This document shows positions 26,638-38,290 of a stretch of 64,000 nt of DNA, in pieces. Under the pieces are notes generated by a model. That model saw only the letters and a program-made list of their open reading frames with translations. It did not search any database and was not told where the DNA came from. The translations under genes and the position numbers were made by a program. This DNA comes from Tubulanus polymorphus (Eukaryota; Animalia; Nemertea), in assembly GCF_964204645.1 (NCBI RefSeq), contig NC_134029.1:15432950-15496949 (forward strand), written 5' to 3'. Positions within the stretch are counted from its first letter, which is position 1; each line of letters opens with the position of its first letter.

Positions 26638-27642
26638 ATGAAAAGTATCATACAAATAATAACTGGTGTTGAATACCCTAAAATTAGTATATCTTCTAAA
26701 GTTAAATTTTTAAAATCTGAAGATAAACCAATATATGATATAAATTCTCATTCACAACATATTATATCTAAACAACATATAGATGATAGATTAAATAAAT
26801 GTTATAATGAAATAAAAAGTAAAATAGAAGAGAAATATTTTGAAGGATCTGGTTTAATATTTGATGAAATAATATTTACGACTTTACATGTTTATAACAC
26901 AAAATATAATAAATTAACTAAATCAAATCCAATTGATGAAAATGATTTATCATCTTATAAAGATGATAATATAAATGCATCAAGATATATCAAATTAACA
27001 TTTAAAACTAATGCTGTTATAAATGTACAAAATTCTGATGATAAATGTTTTCTATGGTCAATAATTAGTTGCTTACATCCAACAGAAGATATTACTCATA
27101 GTTTTAGATTAACACATTATAAACCATTTGAAAATTATTATAAGATAGACAATTATCCTGTTAGAATTAAAAATATCCCAAAAATAGAAAAAGATAATAA
27201 TATAAAGATAAATGTATTTGATTTAGTCAAATTACCAAAAACAAAAGGTAATAATATTAAACATTATACATTAGAACCTCTATACTTATCAAAAGATTAT
27301 GATTCAAATGATGTTATAGATATATTATATTATGAGAAACATTATATGTGGATTAAAAGAATTGATTTATTTTTCAAATCAGAAAATGATTTTGATAATA
27401 AAATATATCTATGTAGAAAATGTATAACTAAATTCAGAACTGAAAGGGCATTATTAATTCATAAGCAATTATGTGATAATCGTGATTATTGTAAAATAGT
27501 TTTACCAAATGAAAAGGATAAAATATTAGAATTCAAAAAATATAATTACAAGAATAAGGTGCCATTTGTGATATACGGAGATTTTGAGTCATTAAATAAA
27601 GAATTAACTGACCAAGATAGAAAAGAAATATATTATAAATGA
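26638..27642 (+). pseudogene. Polinton/Maverick (adintovirus-type) protein-primed DNA polymerase B, N-terminal fragment
   Basis: INVQNSDDKCFLWSI..CLHP, YPVRIKNIPKIEKDNNIKINVF, HYMWIK, CRKC...H...C zinc finger, VPFVIYGDFES (Exo I); very AT-rich; truncated just after Exo I. Confidence 0.85.
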
Positions 27643-27791
27643 AAGAAATTAAATTCTAATGAAAATGATGTAATTGATTATTCGGATCCTCTAATAACCA
27701 ATAACGGAAAAAAATATTTTAAAGAGTAAGGTTCAGCGAACTCTAACTCTTTTTGAATTTTAACTAATTTTAATAAAAATTTGATATATAA

Positions 27792-29398
27792 ATGTGCTCA
27801 AAGTTAAATAAAGTACCCGCGAAAGACATGAGTAATAAATACATAAATTCAATACTGTATTATTTAACTGTGAATAATAATTTAGCTAATATTTCAGGAG
27901 TAAATATAAATAAGTATTATAAATCAGATGAAAATAAATTAATTGAAACGTCAGATATATTTTGCGATAATATAATGCTTTAAAGAATCATGTTAGAAAA
28001 AGAAATTATAAAAGAAAATAGAACAGCTTTTCTTAACGTTAATCAGAGAAAGATAACACATTATGAAATAAAAGAATGTTTTAATCAAGGAAATATTATA
28101 ATGGATAACTTAGCTATAAAAATTACACGTGTTTTAACAATTCATGATGATAATTCAAAATCATATATCTTAAGTAGAATTAATCAAGAATTAGAATTAA
28201 TTGATTATATTGCTGTATTTAAAATTTCATTATACAATCAAAATTTAAATGAATTAATACAGAAAATGGATAATATTAAAAATTATTGAATGAAAAAAAT
28301 TACAATATATTAGATGTAGATGTTACACAAGATTTTAAAGGATCATTTAATTCAGATGAAATAAAATCAGTGTTCGAAAATAGAAAATATAGTGTTCTAA
28401 AAGAATTTTCCAACAGTTGTGTTTCAGCATTACATAAGGATGATAAAATAAAGATCTATAATAAAACAGCATGTCAATTCAAATCTCCTGGTGTAAATAT
28501 AAATTTCGGTTCAAATTTAATGAGTTACATAAATTGCTATCAAGAAAGATTAAAAGAATCATTTGAAAAATCAATTGAAACAGGATTAATAAGAATTGAA
28601 ATAACAAATATTTCATTTAAAAGAGGATTAAAAGTGATGGAAAAAGTAAAACAATACTTAAAGAAAGAAAATATTTACTATTCACCTGCATATTTACAAC
28701 TTAAATCGTTATTTTATGGAGTTAAACAGACTGTATGTATTTATGAATTGAATGAAAAATGCTTTTATTTCTGTTATTATGGTGATTTATTAGCAAGAAA
28801 ATTTATAGGATATAAATCTAGGATAAGTAAAAATATTGAAGAGTCCTCCTTTTTACTCATTTTATCAATGTTTACAATTAAGAATATCCCATGTTTATAC
28901 CTCACAATTAATCAAAATGATGATAAATCAGAATTCATTATTGAAGCAAAAAAATATATTAAAACTGAAGGATCAACTGTTATATCATCAACTAATTCAA
29001 TGTTTACAGTATTGAATAAATTTATATTTAGATTTAAATTGCGTGAAACAGGTATTAGTTTTTCAACTTTAAAAAAGAGGTACAATATAGAATCTAAACC
29101 TTTTTATAAATTAGATGCACTTGATATTGAAGAAGATTTTGATATAAAATTAGTATCTAAAACTGAATTTAAAAGATTAGAAAAAATGAAAGAACTTAAA
29201 CAATTACAAGAAGATATCAATGAACATAGAAATAAAATTTGTAATGAATTAAAGCAACAATTAGATATTGATATTGAATTATTTGAGACAGAATTTAAAA
29301 AACTTGAAATAATTCCTGAAGTAAAATTAAATGATTATACTCCTAAAATATCCGGAATTGAAAATAATACAATTTTTGAAATTAGAGGTTTTCAACTC
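27792..29398 (+). pseudogene. Broken AT-rich gene with Rep_trans/phage-CRI-like rolling-circle initiator motifs (5' part)
   Basis: ORFs 27792, 27990 (same frame) and 28286 (frameshift) give IMDNLAI...ILDVDVTQDF...KIKIYNK...GLIRIEI; family call by motif order only. Confidence 0.5.
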
Positions 29399-29400
29399 TA

Positions 29401-30120
29401 TTAAGAATTATATTTTTGCTTGTGCGTGATCAATTTTATCACCTGATATTCTGTTATATTAATTTTTATCATTTCTCTATCGAAAAATTCATTTGATATA
29501 TAAATATTTTCATCATTATGAATTAAAATTAGATGGCGTAATTGATTTCTAAAACATCTAGGATTAATGAAATCAATAGTGTATTCAGAATTATTTTTCA
29601 ATAGTTCTAAACGCTTGCATTGCTTAATTTTTATATTTTTAAGTTTCATTTTTCTTGAATAATCAGATTCTTTACGTATATCACATACATTAATGAAATC
29701 ATTAGAATTTATCTTTAAATATTCAGTATATTTTTTCATCAATTCAAAATCCAGTTTATCAATTATTTCAAAATGATTGTGTGTTATCTTCCTTATTTGG
29801 AAAATAGGTTTTTCTAATTTTGATAAAATAAAGTGTCCATCAGGGCTATGAACACCTATTTTTAACTTTCCGATAATTGTTTCTATCGAAGACGATTCAA
29901 AATAAATATTATTTAATACGTCTAATTGTAATGTTTTAATCAATAATTCTCTTAAATCAGTAGTAGTTTCAAATAAGCCTTGATCTGTTAAAATATAACT
30001 GAAATAAAGATCTGTTATACATTTACATTGAGTTGAAAAACCTCTAATTTCAAAAATTGTATTATTTTCAATTCCGGATATTTTAGGAGTATAATCATTT
30101 AATTTTACATCAGGAATTAT
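29401..30120 (-). pseudogene. Inverted 3' continuation of the preceding gene
   Basis: 30030-30120 is the reverse complement of 29309-29398, and the minus-strand frame continues IPDVKLNDYTPKISGIENNTIFEIRGFSTQCKC... into ORF 29401-29943. Confidence 0.75.
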
Positions 30121-30124
30121 ACTT

Positions 30125-30420
30125 TTTATTATACTACAGGCTTTCCTGGCTGTCTTTGATTAATATTCCTGACGTGGTCGTTTTCGATCCTGTTGTTAAT
30201 AATCGAGTTCTTCGTAGCTTCCATTTCGTTCTCAACTTTACTAACCCTTGCGTTTATGTCGATTATACACTGTGATATATGATTCACCTTATCATCTAAA
30301 TCGGGCAGAATTGTCAGTTTTTCTAATACCGTGTGGAGCATCGAATCTAATTTGACTTCTAACCTACCACAATCCCTGCATGGCTCAGGGCGAATTTTCC
30401 TCCAAGATATCTGAATATCG
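30125..30420 (-). mobile_element. Probable LINE ORF1 (coiled-coil) fragment belonging to the 23.7-26.5 kb LINE
   Basis: Heptad-like LDDKVNHISQCIIDINARVSKVENEMEATK, on the same strand and upstream of the endonuclease. Confidence 0.45.
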
Positions 30421-30460
30421 GTACATGTATATGAAACAAGAAAGTGGGAGTATTAGTGTT

Positions 30461-30580
30461 AGTAGTGATAGGGGGTAACTATGGGCATGTGGTTGAATTG
30501 TGGTTGTGGTTCATCTAAAATGGCCGCGGTCATGTGATCCAAGATGGCGCCTGTCCAAGATGGCGAGGGTCACCCCATCC
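30461..30580 (+). mobile_element. Possible Polinton/Maverick terminal inverted repeat fragment
   Basis: Starts AGTAGTGATAGGGGG (AGTAGT-type terminus), followed by clustered AAAATGGCCG, CAAGATGGCG x2 and GTCATGTGA motifs. Confidence 0.35.
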
Positions 30581-30859
30581 TCAATGTATCTTGTAATGAC
30601 ACTAAATCTTGATACTGGAAGTGCATCGCTTATGGAGCTCTTCTATTAACAAGGTGTGTGTCATGATTGAGTGGACTTACTAAGTGCAGACCTTGCCGAT
30701 TCAGTGATCAGTTATTGGAGACAGATCCATGTTGTTGTGCCATAACAGGTGATTAAAGGATTGTTAACTACCGCTGCTTTTAATAACGACGATCATAACC
30801 CTATATATAAAAACAGCAACATCAGCTCATCTATTTCCTCGTTTGTGAATATTTTCCAG

Positions 30860-30975
30860 ACGATGAATGTGTATAACGCTGATTCAACTGTCAAACACAT
30901 GGCAGATGCACAGACAACATGCGCAGACAACACAGTCATTTGGAGTTTTGACCAGTCGCGGAATGATTCCACATG
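30860..30975 (+). pseudogene. Decayed cbEGF-like pseudo-exon
   Basis: ttccag|acgatgaatgt; DDECV*R*FNCQTHGRCTDNM keeps the C-x6-C-x5-C-x-D spacing of the neighbouring exons but has stops. Confidence 0.45.
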
Positions 30976-31667
30976 GTTGACATAATTATTACACTGATAT
31001 GTTTGCAATAACTAGTGTTGGGTTAGACTATTCGGATTTGATTGCACTTGTTGCTCTGATTGTGTTACTGAGATAATTCACAGTGCACTGACTCATTCAC
31101 CTGATGAAGCTTCTATTCATTAGAAGCGAAAGCTCGTGCGTCAAATAGATAGTTAACCTATACAGTACTACTCGTCTCCTTACTTATTCTAAACCTGGTT
31201 AACACGGCTACTCTACGTATATTCTCACAGTGCACTGTGTAACTGGCAAATCTTGAAATTTTACTGATACATTCTTCCTGATAGACATCGTGGATTTGAG
31301 CGTGCAAATACTATTTAAACCAGGTCCTGCCAGAAACCAAGAGATAACACAAGATATGTTTTAACCTAATTACTGAGCGTAATTGTCAATTCAGTTCAGA
31401 CTTCGGTTCCTACACACCTTGTAGAAATGTTTTGACATATGTCCCGCAGGTTAAAGGTTATGTTGATGCATGATATTAGAAATAGTCTTATCTTTAATAC
31501 TAACTGTTTTAATGACAAATCTATCAGGTTTACATCGCATTGTACATTTTAATCGCAGTTCAAATGCAAGGGGTACTCTGAACAGAAAACCATTCATCGT
31601 TAAAACCATTTACCATGTTATGCACTATGCGTGTATATCATACGTATCATTTAATTGTGCTTTTTAG

Positions 31668-31790
31668 ATATAAACGAGTGTATTGTTAACAATGGAGGAT
31701 GTGCGCGGGATGCTTCGTGTCACAACACTCGTGGAAGCTTTCGGTGTATATGCGACGATGGTTTCAGCGGGGATGGATTCAAATGTGACG
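31668..31790 (+). CDS. FBN: Fibrillin exon, cbEGF (equivalent to cbEGF19)
   Basis: tttttag|atataaacgagtgt...tgtgacg|gtatgt; 123 bp; [41 protein letters not shown] (absent from the ORF track). Confidence 0.93.
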
Positions 31791-33025
31791 GTATGTTGAA
31801 TGACCCAGTGAATTTGGCTACTTGAAAGGCTGAATCCAAGAACATGTCTATCGCACCATTGCGCTCAAACGTCTACTTTTACTTAGTAGCCACTAGGGAA
31901 CAATAAGCAATTAACAATATCAGCTACTTTTCCTGTAGAATACATTTCAAAAAAGTCACTCTGAAATAGTCTACCTTTCAATTCGGTTGGTTTTCTATAG
32001 TAGCTGTTTGAAAGAGTCTAATAAACATCTGTTTTTGATAATGTACACTAGCAGTAGAGGTGACTGTAAAACCACCCGCCTGTAAACAGTGACTTTGTGA
32101 TAGTAACTCCTACCACAACAGCTACTCACAAAACACGACGTTTCTAAAAATCAACTATTGAAAAGTGGCCATTTTGAGATCACTTGCCAGATTCCCTGTT
32201 ATAAATACACTGCAACAACATATGCTTCAGATTTGCAGTGATACGTGACAACATAAACACACAGATAAACTAGTGAAAAACTAATACTCAAGCTAGTTGG
32301 GGGTATAGTTGTATTTAGAGTTATTCTGTTACGATCTGAAGATTCTGAAGATACTCTTTGGGTCTACTCTGACCAATAACAATCGAGATTGGAGTTAATT
32401 GGTTTACCAATTGTCATTACTTATGAAGTTTTAAGGTAAATCGAAATTAATATTGTGATGTTAATTTAATGAAGAATTTAATTTTGACAAATGCAGCTGT
32501 TTTCAAGCATATGTCTGCATTCATTTTTCATTTAAATTATTTAAGTAGAAGCGCAATCAAAAAGTCAGGCTAACCTCTCGTTATTAAAATGGTGGATTAT
32601 TTTCAACGGGGGTCTGGATGTCTGCATCTTAACTTAAGATGTGTATTTTGGAGTGTTCAAACTTCCCTGAATTTTATTTTAATTTCACTGAATTATTGAA
32701 TAAAATTTGCTATTTGCATGTGGATTTTAAACATTCTAAGAAATCTTCCAAATTGAGCCCGAATTTAATAGCAATAAAAAATAAAACGTGTTGTTAAACG
32801 ATGTTATAATTATATCTACTTACAAATTATCCTAAAATTCGGAATTCTTATCTCTCTACAATAATCCTCAACCACATTGTTAATTCAAAGGAAATGTGTA
32901 GTTTATACCTTTTTTTTTAATTTTGCTATTACATGTAATTTATAACGTTCGTGATTTTTAACTGTCAGTGAAATGGAATCATTCGGAAGTAACTTAGTAA
33001 GTTTTAGTTTTATCATCTTATACAG

Positions 33026-33151
33026 ATATCAACGAATGTGAAATGAATGGAAATTTGTGCGTACATGGTGACTGCATTAACTATCCTGGTGGATATAGGT
33101 GTGAATGTGACATGGGGTACACGTCAACGAACCAGGATAAGCAATGCGTAG
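33026..33151 (+). CDS. FBN: Fibrillin exon, cbEGF (equivalent to cbEGF20)
   Basis: tacag|atatcaacgaatgt...tgcgtag|gtaagt; 126 bp; DINECEMNGNLCVHGDCINYPGGYRCECDMGYTSTNQDKQCV (PGGYRCECDMG as in FBN1). Confidence 0.95.
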
Positions 33152-33283
33152 GTAAGTAAAATTCGACACGTTAAATGTACATATAGTTGCGTTCTTTGTT
33201 AATTACAGTAGCCACAAATAATTTCTATTGCGAAATGGCCGTTTTGCTTATGGTTTTTATTGCGCGTTCCTCTTCGATTACAG

Positions 33284-33409
33284 ATATTGACGAGTGCAAT
33301 CTATTCCGCAATCTATGTAGTAATGGCCATTGTGAAAATGAAAAAGGCAGTTACAAGTGCATTTGTAATCAGGGTTACAAACTTGATACTACAGCAGGAA
33401 ATTGCACAG
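33284..33409 (+). CDS. FBN: Fibrillin exon, cbEGF (equivalent to cbEGF21)
   Basis: tacag|atattgacgagtgc...tgcacag|gtaacg; 126 bp; DIDECNLFRNLCSNGHCENEKGSYKCICNQGYKLDTTAGNCT. Confidence 0.94.
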
Positions 33410-34919
33410 GTAACGAGTTTAATTTGTCACGATTGTTTTCAAACATCGTCACAAGTTTCGAAAAAGAAGATAATCTACAAAAATTCCTTTTTATGAGGGC
33501 CTTAATGAAGTTTATTTTATCAAATGGAAGTTTACTAAATGAACGAAAACTATCCCAAAATAACTAATCCAACGCTGTCTCAAATGTTCTGTGACTTTCG
33601 CAAAATGAATCAAAAATTGAACCAACTTTTTTTTTACTACGTCCTCGAATATTCATAAATGATCAGTTGAAAATTGAGGGGAGGTGAGCGGAGGGGAGAT
33701 CATACCGTCCAACCAGTGCCGGTTACCGACGAAACAAAGTTTATCCACTGACATGGTTTTTAATAATTTCACGATAAGATTGCTAAGTAGCTTACATCTT
33801 CACTCAGACAAATCGTCGTTACGCGCGATGTTCACCGGAGCGCGCGCGATATCTCTAACTTTAATACATACACGCAGTGAACACGAGAGTGTAAGGCGAT
33901 ATTGCCTACGCGACTGTACACGACGGTTCTCAACGCGAACGCTCATCACTGTGCCGCAGTTAAAAAACCGATACAAATAATCCGGCTCCAAAACGGATCG
34001 CTAAATGCGAACGATAACACAATGACTTCAATCAATGACAAGTATTCCACTCGTATAAATATCAGACTCATCTCTCAAAGTCGATGCTATCAGTAAATCA
34101 GCCGTGTGGCAAACACGGAAGTAAATTACCGCATTATGAAAACACGTTTTCTCGGATATCTTGATGCAACGTTACCTTATCCACGGGATTTCAAAACTAG
34201 ATGAATCATTGAACACATCACACACAATAAATCGTTATATCATTTTGATTGTGAAATAACGCGCACCTGCTGATCCACCACATTCAATGTTGGATGTCAA
34301 AACCGCGTTTTCTAGGCGCTTAAAACTCTTTCCATGCTAACTGTGACCGGACGACACAGTCTCCAGAACGCTAGTTTTTGCGCGGTGTGGCGCCACGTCA
34401 CAGGTGTTTGACCTACTTATCCCCTTACTGTCTAAATGGCAATGTATAAGGCTTGTATGTATGCCTGGTAGTCCTGGCAACCCCAGGGACTTGTTTTTGT
34501 TCGAGTTCGCTGGCGGGTGTATGAATAAAATCTATGTAGGTCACGGAAGTCATTATCGGTGAATTGAGGTCAAGTTGTGTAAACAAAGTAGGGCAAAATT
34601 GAAAGCTTTATAAATAGACACAGCGGCTGGTATACGGTGTCTATACATGACGCAGTGAATATAATGGAGATATATAGAGAGAATATGAAGCTGCAGTTAG
34701 GGGTAGGGGTACCCGAATGACCCGAAAGTAGGTCAAATTTTTTTTTGGACATTTTGGGGGCCCCTAACGCCAGATCATCAGAAACAAGCTGAATCATCAT
34801 ATTTTAGTGTAGGGAAGCGTATTAGACCGTCTAGAAGTTTGAGAACCCAATATTTTTTGAAAAAATTTTTTTTTCGAAATAAAGTTCGCAAAATCTCAGG
34901 ATCTGGTTTTAAAGAGTTT

Positions 34920-35537
34920 TAAGATTCAACGTATTTTTCATTATGCGTTGAATTCCATAATTCAACAAATGTCTTTGCTTTACACAGCTGATCTAAATAT
35001 AACTGTTAATCTAGTTTGTTTCCTTTCAAATATTTTCTACTTTTTCTAAAGGCCTAAGGTTCTTCCAATTCCATATTAACTTCTGATTGTGTTCATCATT
35101 CATGTTGAATTTAGATATTGGTAACGCATGGTCTATTTGAAAATAATAATTATTCATATTCATTTTATCATCGAATTGATATACAATCCATGATTTTAAG
35201 AATTCATCTGTACAACCCAACAAATTAGATTCTGAATGCGTTTCTTTGTGGAATAATTGTGTTGATCTAGATCTCAAACATCTGTTTGATATCTTTCTCT
35301 CATATATTTTGTCATATAATCATTATAAAGTTCTCTATTATCTGCTCGATATTGCTTAGTATATAGTTTAATACAGGTTTTGCAACAATATTGAAAACCA
35401 TCTTTGCTAACCTTACGTTTACTAAATTCTGTTATAGCTAATTCATCTAATTCACATGTAGAACATTTCTTATAGTATATATTTATAACACCAGTGTTAT
35501 TTGTAATATTGATAGTTTGTGATTGTTCTGAATCCAT
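34920..35537 (-). pseudogene. HNH/His-Me-finger endonuclease of large-DNA-virus type, disrupted
   Basis: KKCSTC...EFSKRKVSKDGFQYCCKTC zinc ribbon, then LLGC..EFLK.W...QF...M..NNY..QIDHALPISKF...WNWKNLRPLEKVEN; immediately downstream of pPolB. Confidence 0.7.
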
Positions 35538-35565
35538 TTATTATACATATTTTTACTAACATTGA

Positions 35566-36890
35566 TTAACATGTTATAATCCTATTCATAATCCCATTTT
35601 CTTTTGACTCTTCTCTTTTAAATTTTAGATATTCATCTGAATTGCAACCATACTTGACTGTGTGTATACCATCATCTAATATATATCTTTTATCATCGAA
35701 AGGATTCAAACTTATCTTCTCTATCTCTTCAATAAACATCTCGTGATCTTCTGATCTTAACATTTCATCTTATGTTTTCTAACTTCTTCATTGAATATAC
35801 AATTGATGTAATCTTTGAAATGAATATTTTTTTCAACAACGCTTTTGGTAATTCCTTTTAACTTTTTAGCTTCATGAGTTTTGGTTTTATATGAATACAT
35901 TTTTGACCTAATGCCTATAAATTCAATCATTCTTTCACCACCTAATTCATCTTTTAATTTACCGGGCACCTTTTTATTATCATAACTAAATAATTCATGA
36001 TGTTTTAGATGATTTAATGTTTTTAAATCATCTGTTGTATTATCAGTTTTTATCTTTAATATGTAACTGTCGGTATCAAAACATAAGATTTCTATATGCT
36101 TTTCACCAAAATGAGGTTGTAATACGTTATAGTAAAATTCATACATTAATAACTTTGATATTTCTAAAACAGATGCTCCAACATAAATTGGTTTATTAAA
36201 TTTCATAGAAGTTCTTTTCATTTTAACTGCAGCTAAATTTTCATCAAATATTCTGTTATCAATGCATTTAGGATATGTTTGTAAATGTCTTATTCTTTTA
36301 CCATTACTAACTCAATATCATTTCTATTTCTAATATTTTCACAAGTCTTACCATAGAATGCATTATTCGATAACTTGAAGAAATCTTTCTCGAAATCAGT
36401 TTTAGCTTTAGTTCTCTGTTTGGTATTAAAATCTATATATTTTTCTAACCATTTAGATTGACTGAATGAAATATATCTATGTACTTTTTTTAGAATCATT
36501 CCTTGATTCAACTTCAACATTCTATAATGTACTACATAATTATATTTATCATCCTGAGTTACCATTAACTTTTCTGTATGAATATGATTTTCAGGTTTAA
36601 TTCTTTTTTTGATAATTTGATAATTCTTCATGTGTTATAGTTTCATATTCTGGACAGTATGCAAGATTTTTAGATTGAAATTAATATGTTCAGGATATTC
36701 CAAGTCTACAACAAATAAGTATCCAGCATCTGAATCATCTGCAATATCTAGAATCCTTTTCTTCGAATCAAATTTATCAATATTTTCATACTGTAAAACT
36801 TCAGTTATTTCAAATACTCCATAAGGCTGTGGTTCCATCATTGCCCAACCATATAGATTATTTGCATCTATATATAATAACTTATATCCA
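35566..36890 (-). pseudogene. Polinton/Maverick pPolB, C-terminal polymerase domain fragment
   Basis: YIDANNLYGWAM, VDLEYP, KDFFKLSNNAFYGKT, KPIYVG, FDTDS, KKVPGKLKDE, KMYS, KKLKGI, FDDKRY; several frameshifts. Confidence 0.9.
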
Positions 36891-36949
36891 GAATCAATAT
36901 AGCCATGTTATCAGCTGACCCCTCGGTGGCGCTCCTCATCCAGCAAGGC

Positions 36950-37330
36950 AGAAACCCGTTATCGCTGCTTTGCAGCTATATTAATTTTTTCCCTTTTCCA
37001 CATAGTTTTTGTTAAAAGTGTAAAGGCTTTCTTACCTTACCGCTGTCGCCGATACAATCCGTATGATATCCTTCAGCTCACTTCAATCTCCAGATACTGC
37101 ATGGGAATTTTGATAAATCCACGTTATAAAGGCACTGTCGAGCCGTAAACATCGGAAATTTGGCTCCGTTCAATTAGTAGCCATGTTGTGTTTCCTTTCC
37201 GACATTTCTCTCTTCTTTTTGAGGAAAAGCTATCGAATCATTCCCTCTCTTCTCCACAATCAATTTCATAGTCAATTTTATGAATTTATTGCTCAGCGGG
37301 TCCGAGTCCAAGAGTTTACGAGTCCGGCGT
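36950..37330 (-). mobile_element. Diverged dispersed copy of repeat B
   Basis: Reverse complement of ~5060-5400 including GAAACCCGTTATCGCTGCTTTGCAGCTATAT; the same end motif also occurs at ~45089 and ~52918. Confidence 0.65.
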
Positions 37331-37732
37331 TCGCGTGTCTGACGGGTTTATGGGCATTTGTTTGTTACTTCTTTAATATTTTTGATTTCTTGTTATTCCG
37401 GTTATTTTATTTAAGTATATTGCTGATTAGTTCATGTAACAAAAAGCGTCAATAAACAGATTTTGAATTGACCAAGTTTAAATCAAGGTTGTTGAGTCGC
37501 GGAAGGCTACTAGAATTACGTTCGTCTCAGAGAGAAAACAAACGACAGAAAAGTATCAGGTGATTATCGATAGCCTACTATGGTACACACAGTTGACAAA
37601 CAGTGTTAGGCCTGTGCCGGTTGGTGCGTACTGGGACTAAATATACTGGTTGGTCAGTTGGTTCGGTTGTGAAGTGTGGAAGGTAAGAAAGCCTACCGCA
37701 GTACCACTATTTGTCTATAGGCCTATTATATA

Positions 37733-38290
37733 GTAGCCAATACCATTTTTAGTACGTAGTTGTTACTCGTACGTAACTGTATGGTGATCTCCACAGGTTA
37801 ACCGTACGTGAGTTCCCTACTAACGTTGTACGTGAGTTCTTAGTAGCCAATACCATTTTTTAAGTACGAAGTTGTTACCCGTACGCGACTGTACGGTGAT
37901 ATCCACAGGTTAACCGTACGTGAGTTCCATAAAAACGCCGTACGTGAGTTCCTATAATCTGCAAACCCGTACGCGACTGTACGGTGATATCCACAGGTTA
38001 ACCGTACGTGAGTTCCATAAAAACGCCGTACGTGAGTTCCTATAATCTGCAAACGTGCATGCGTGAAAAAATAGAGTTTGGGTTAGGTGAGGCTAGGCTA
38101 TTTGTAAATCAAATTTCATCCACCCTGCAGTTACGTTCCGTGGCACAGTGGGTAAATCACTGGACTACAACTGGATTTTTTTTTTCGTTTGGTTTCGAAT
38201 CCCAATATTGCAAGTCTGAGCGTCAACATACTCACATACGGCTTACCTGTGGAAATTACCGTACAGTCACGTACAAGTAACAACAGCGTT
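37733..38290. mobile_element. MITE-like element with a tandemly amplified left arm and a tRNA-like internal segment
   Basis: About 87-bp units (CCGTACGCGACTGTACGGTGATATCCACAGGTTAACCGTACGTGAGTTCC) in 37760-38052; inverted arm at ~38231-38285; A-box and B-box-like GTGGCACAGTGG...GGTTTCGAATCCC at 38139-38203. Confidence 0.5.

Noticed and set aside
26552-30120. Bacterial or organellar contamination, or a chimeric contig
   Set aside because: The segment is embedded between two parts of a host LINE, carries decay mutations, and its polymerase is of the Polinton type. Read-level confirmation is still advisable.
29309-30120. An 810-bp DNA transposon with 90-bp TIRs
   Set aside because: The inverted repeat is coding sequence continuous with the flanking ORF and no TSD is visible; an inversion with duplication explains it better.
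33187-33567. ORF-track proteins spanning EGF exons (also 22853, 23356, 47485, 50299) as standalone genes
   Set aside because: They are intron read-through, wrong-frame or antisense translations of the fibrillin exons.
38139-38203. Functional tRNA gene (also ~51307-51358)
   Set aside because: Only A-box and B-box-like motifs are present; I could not fold a complete cloverleaf.
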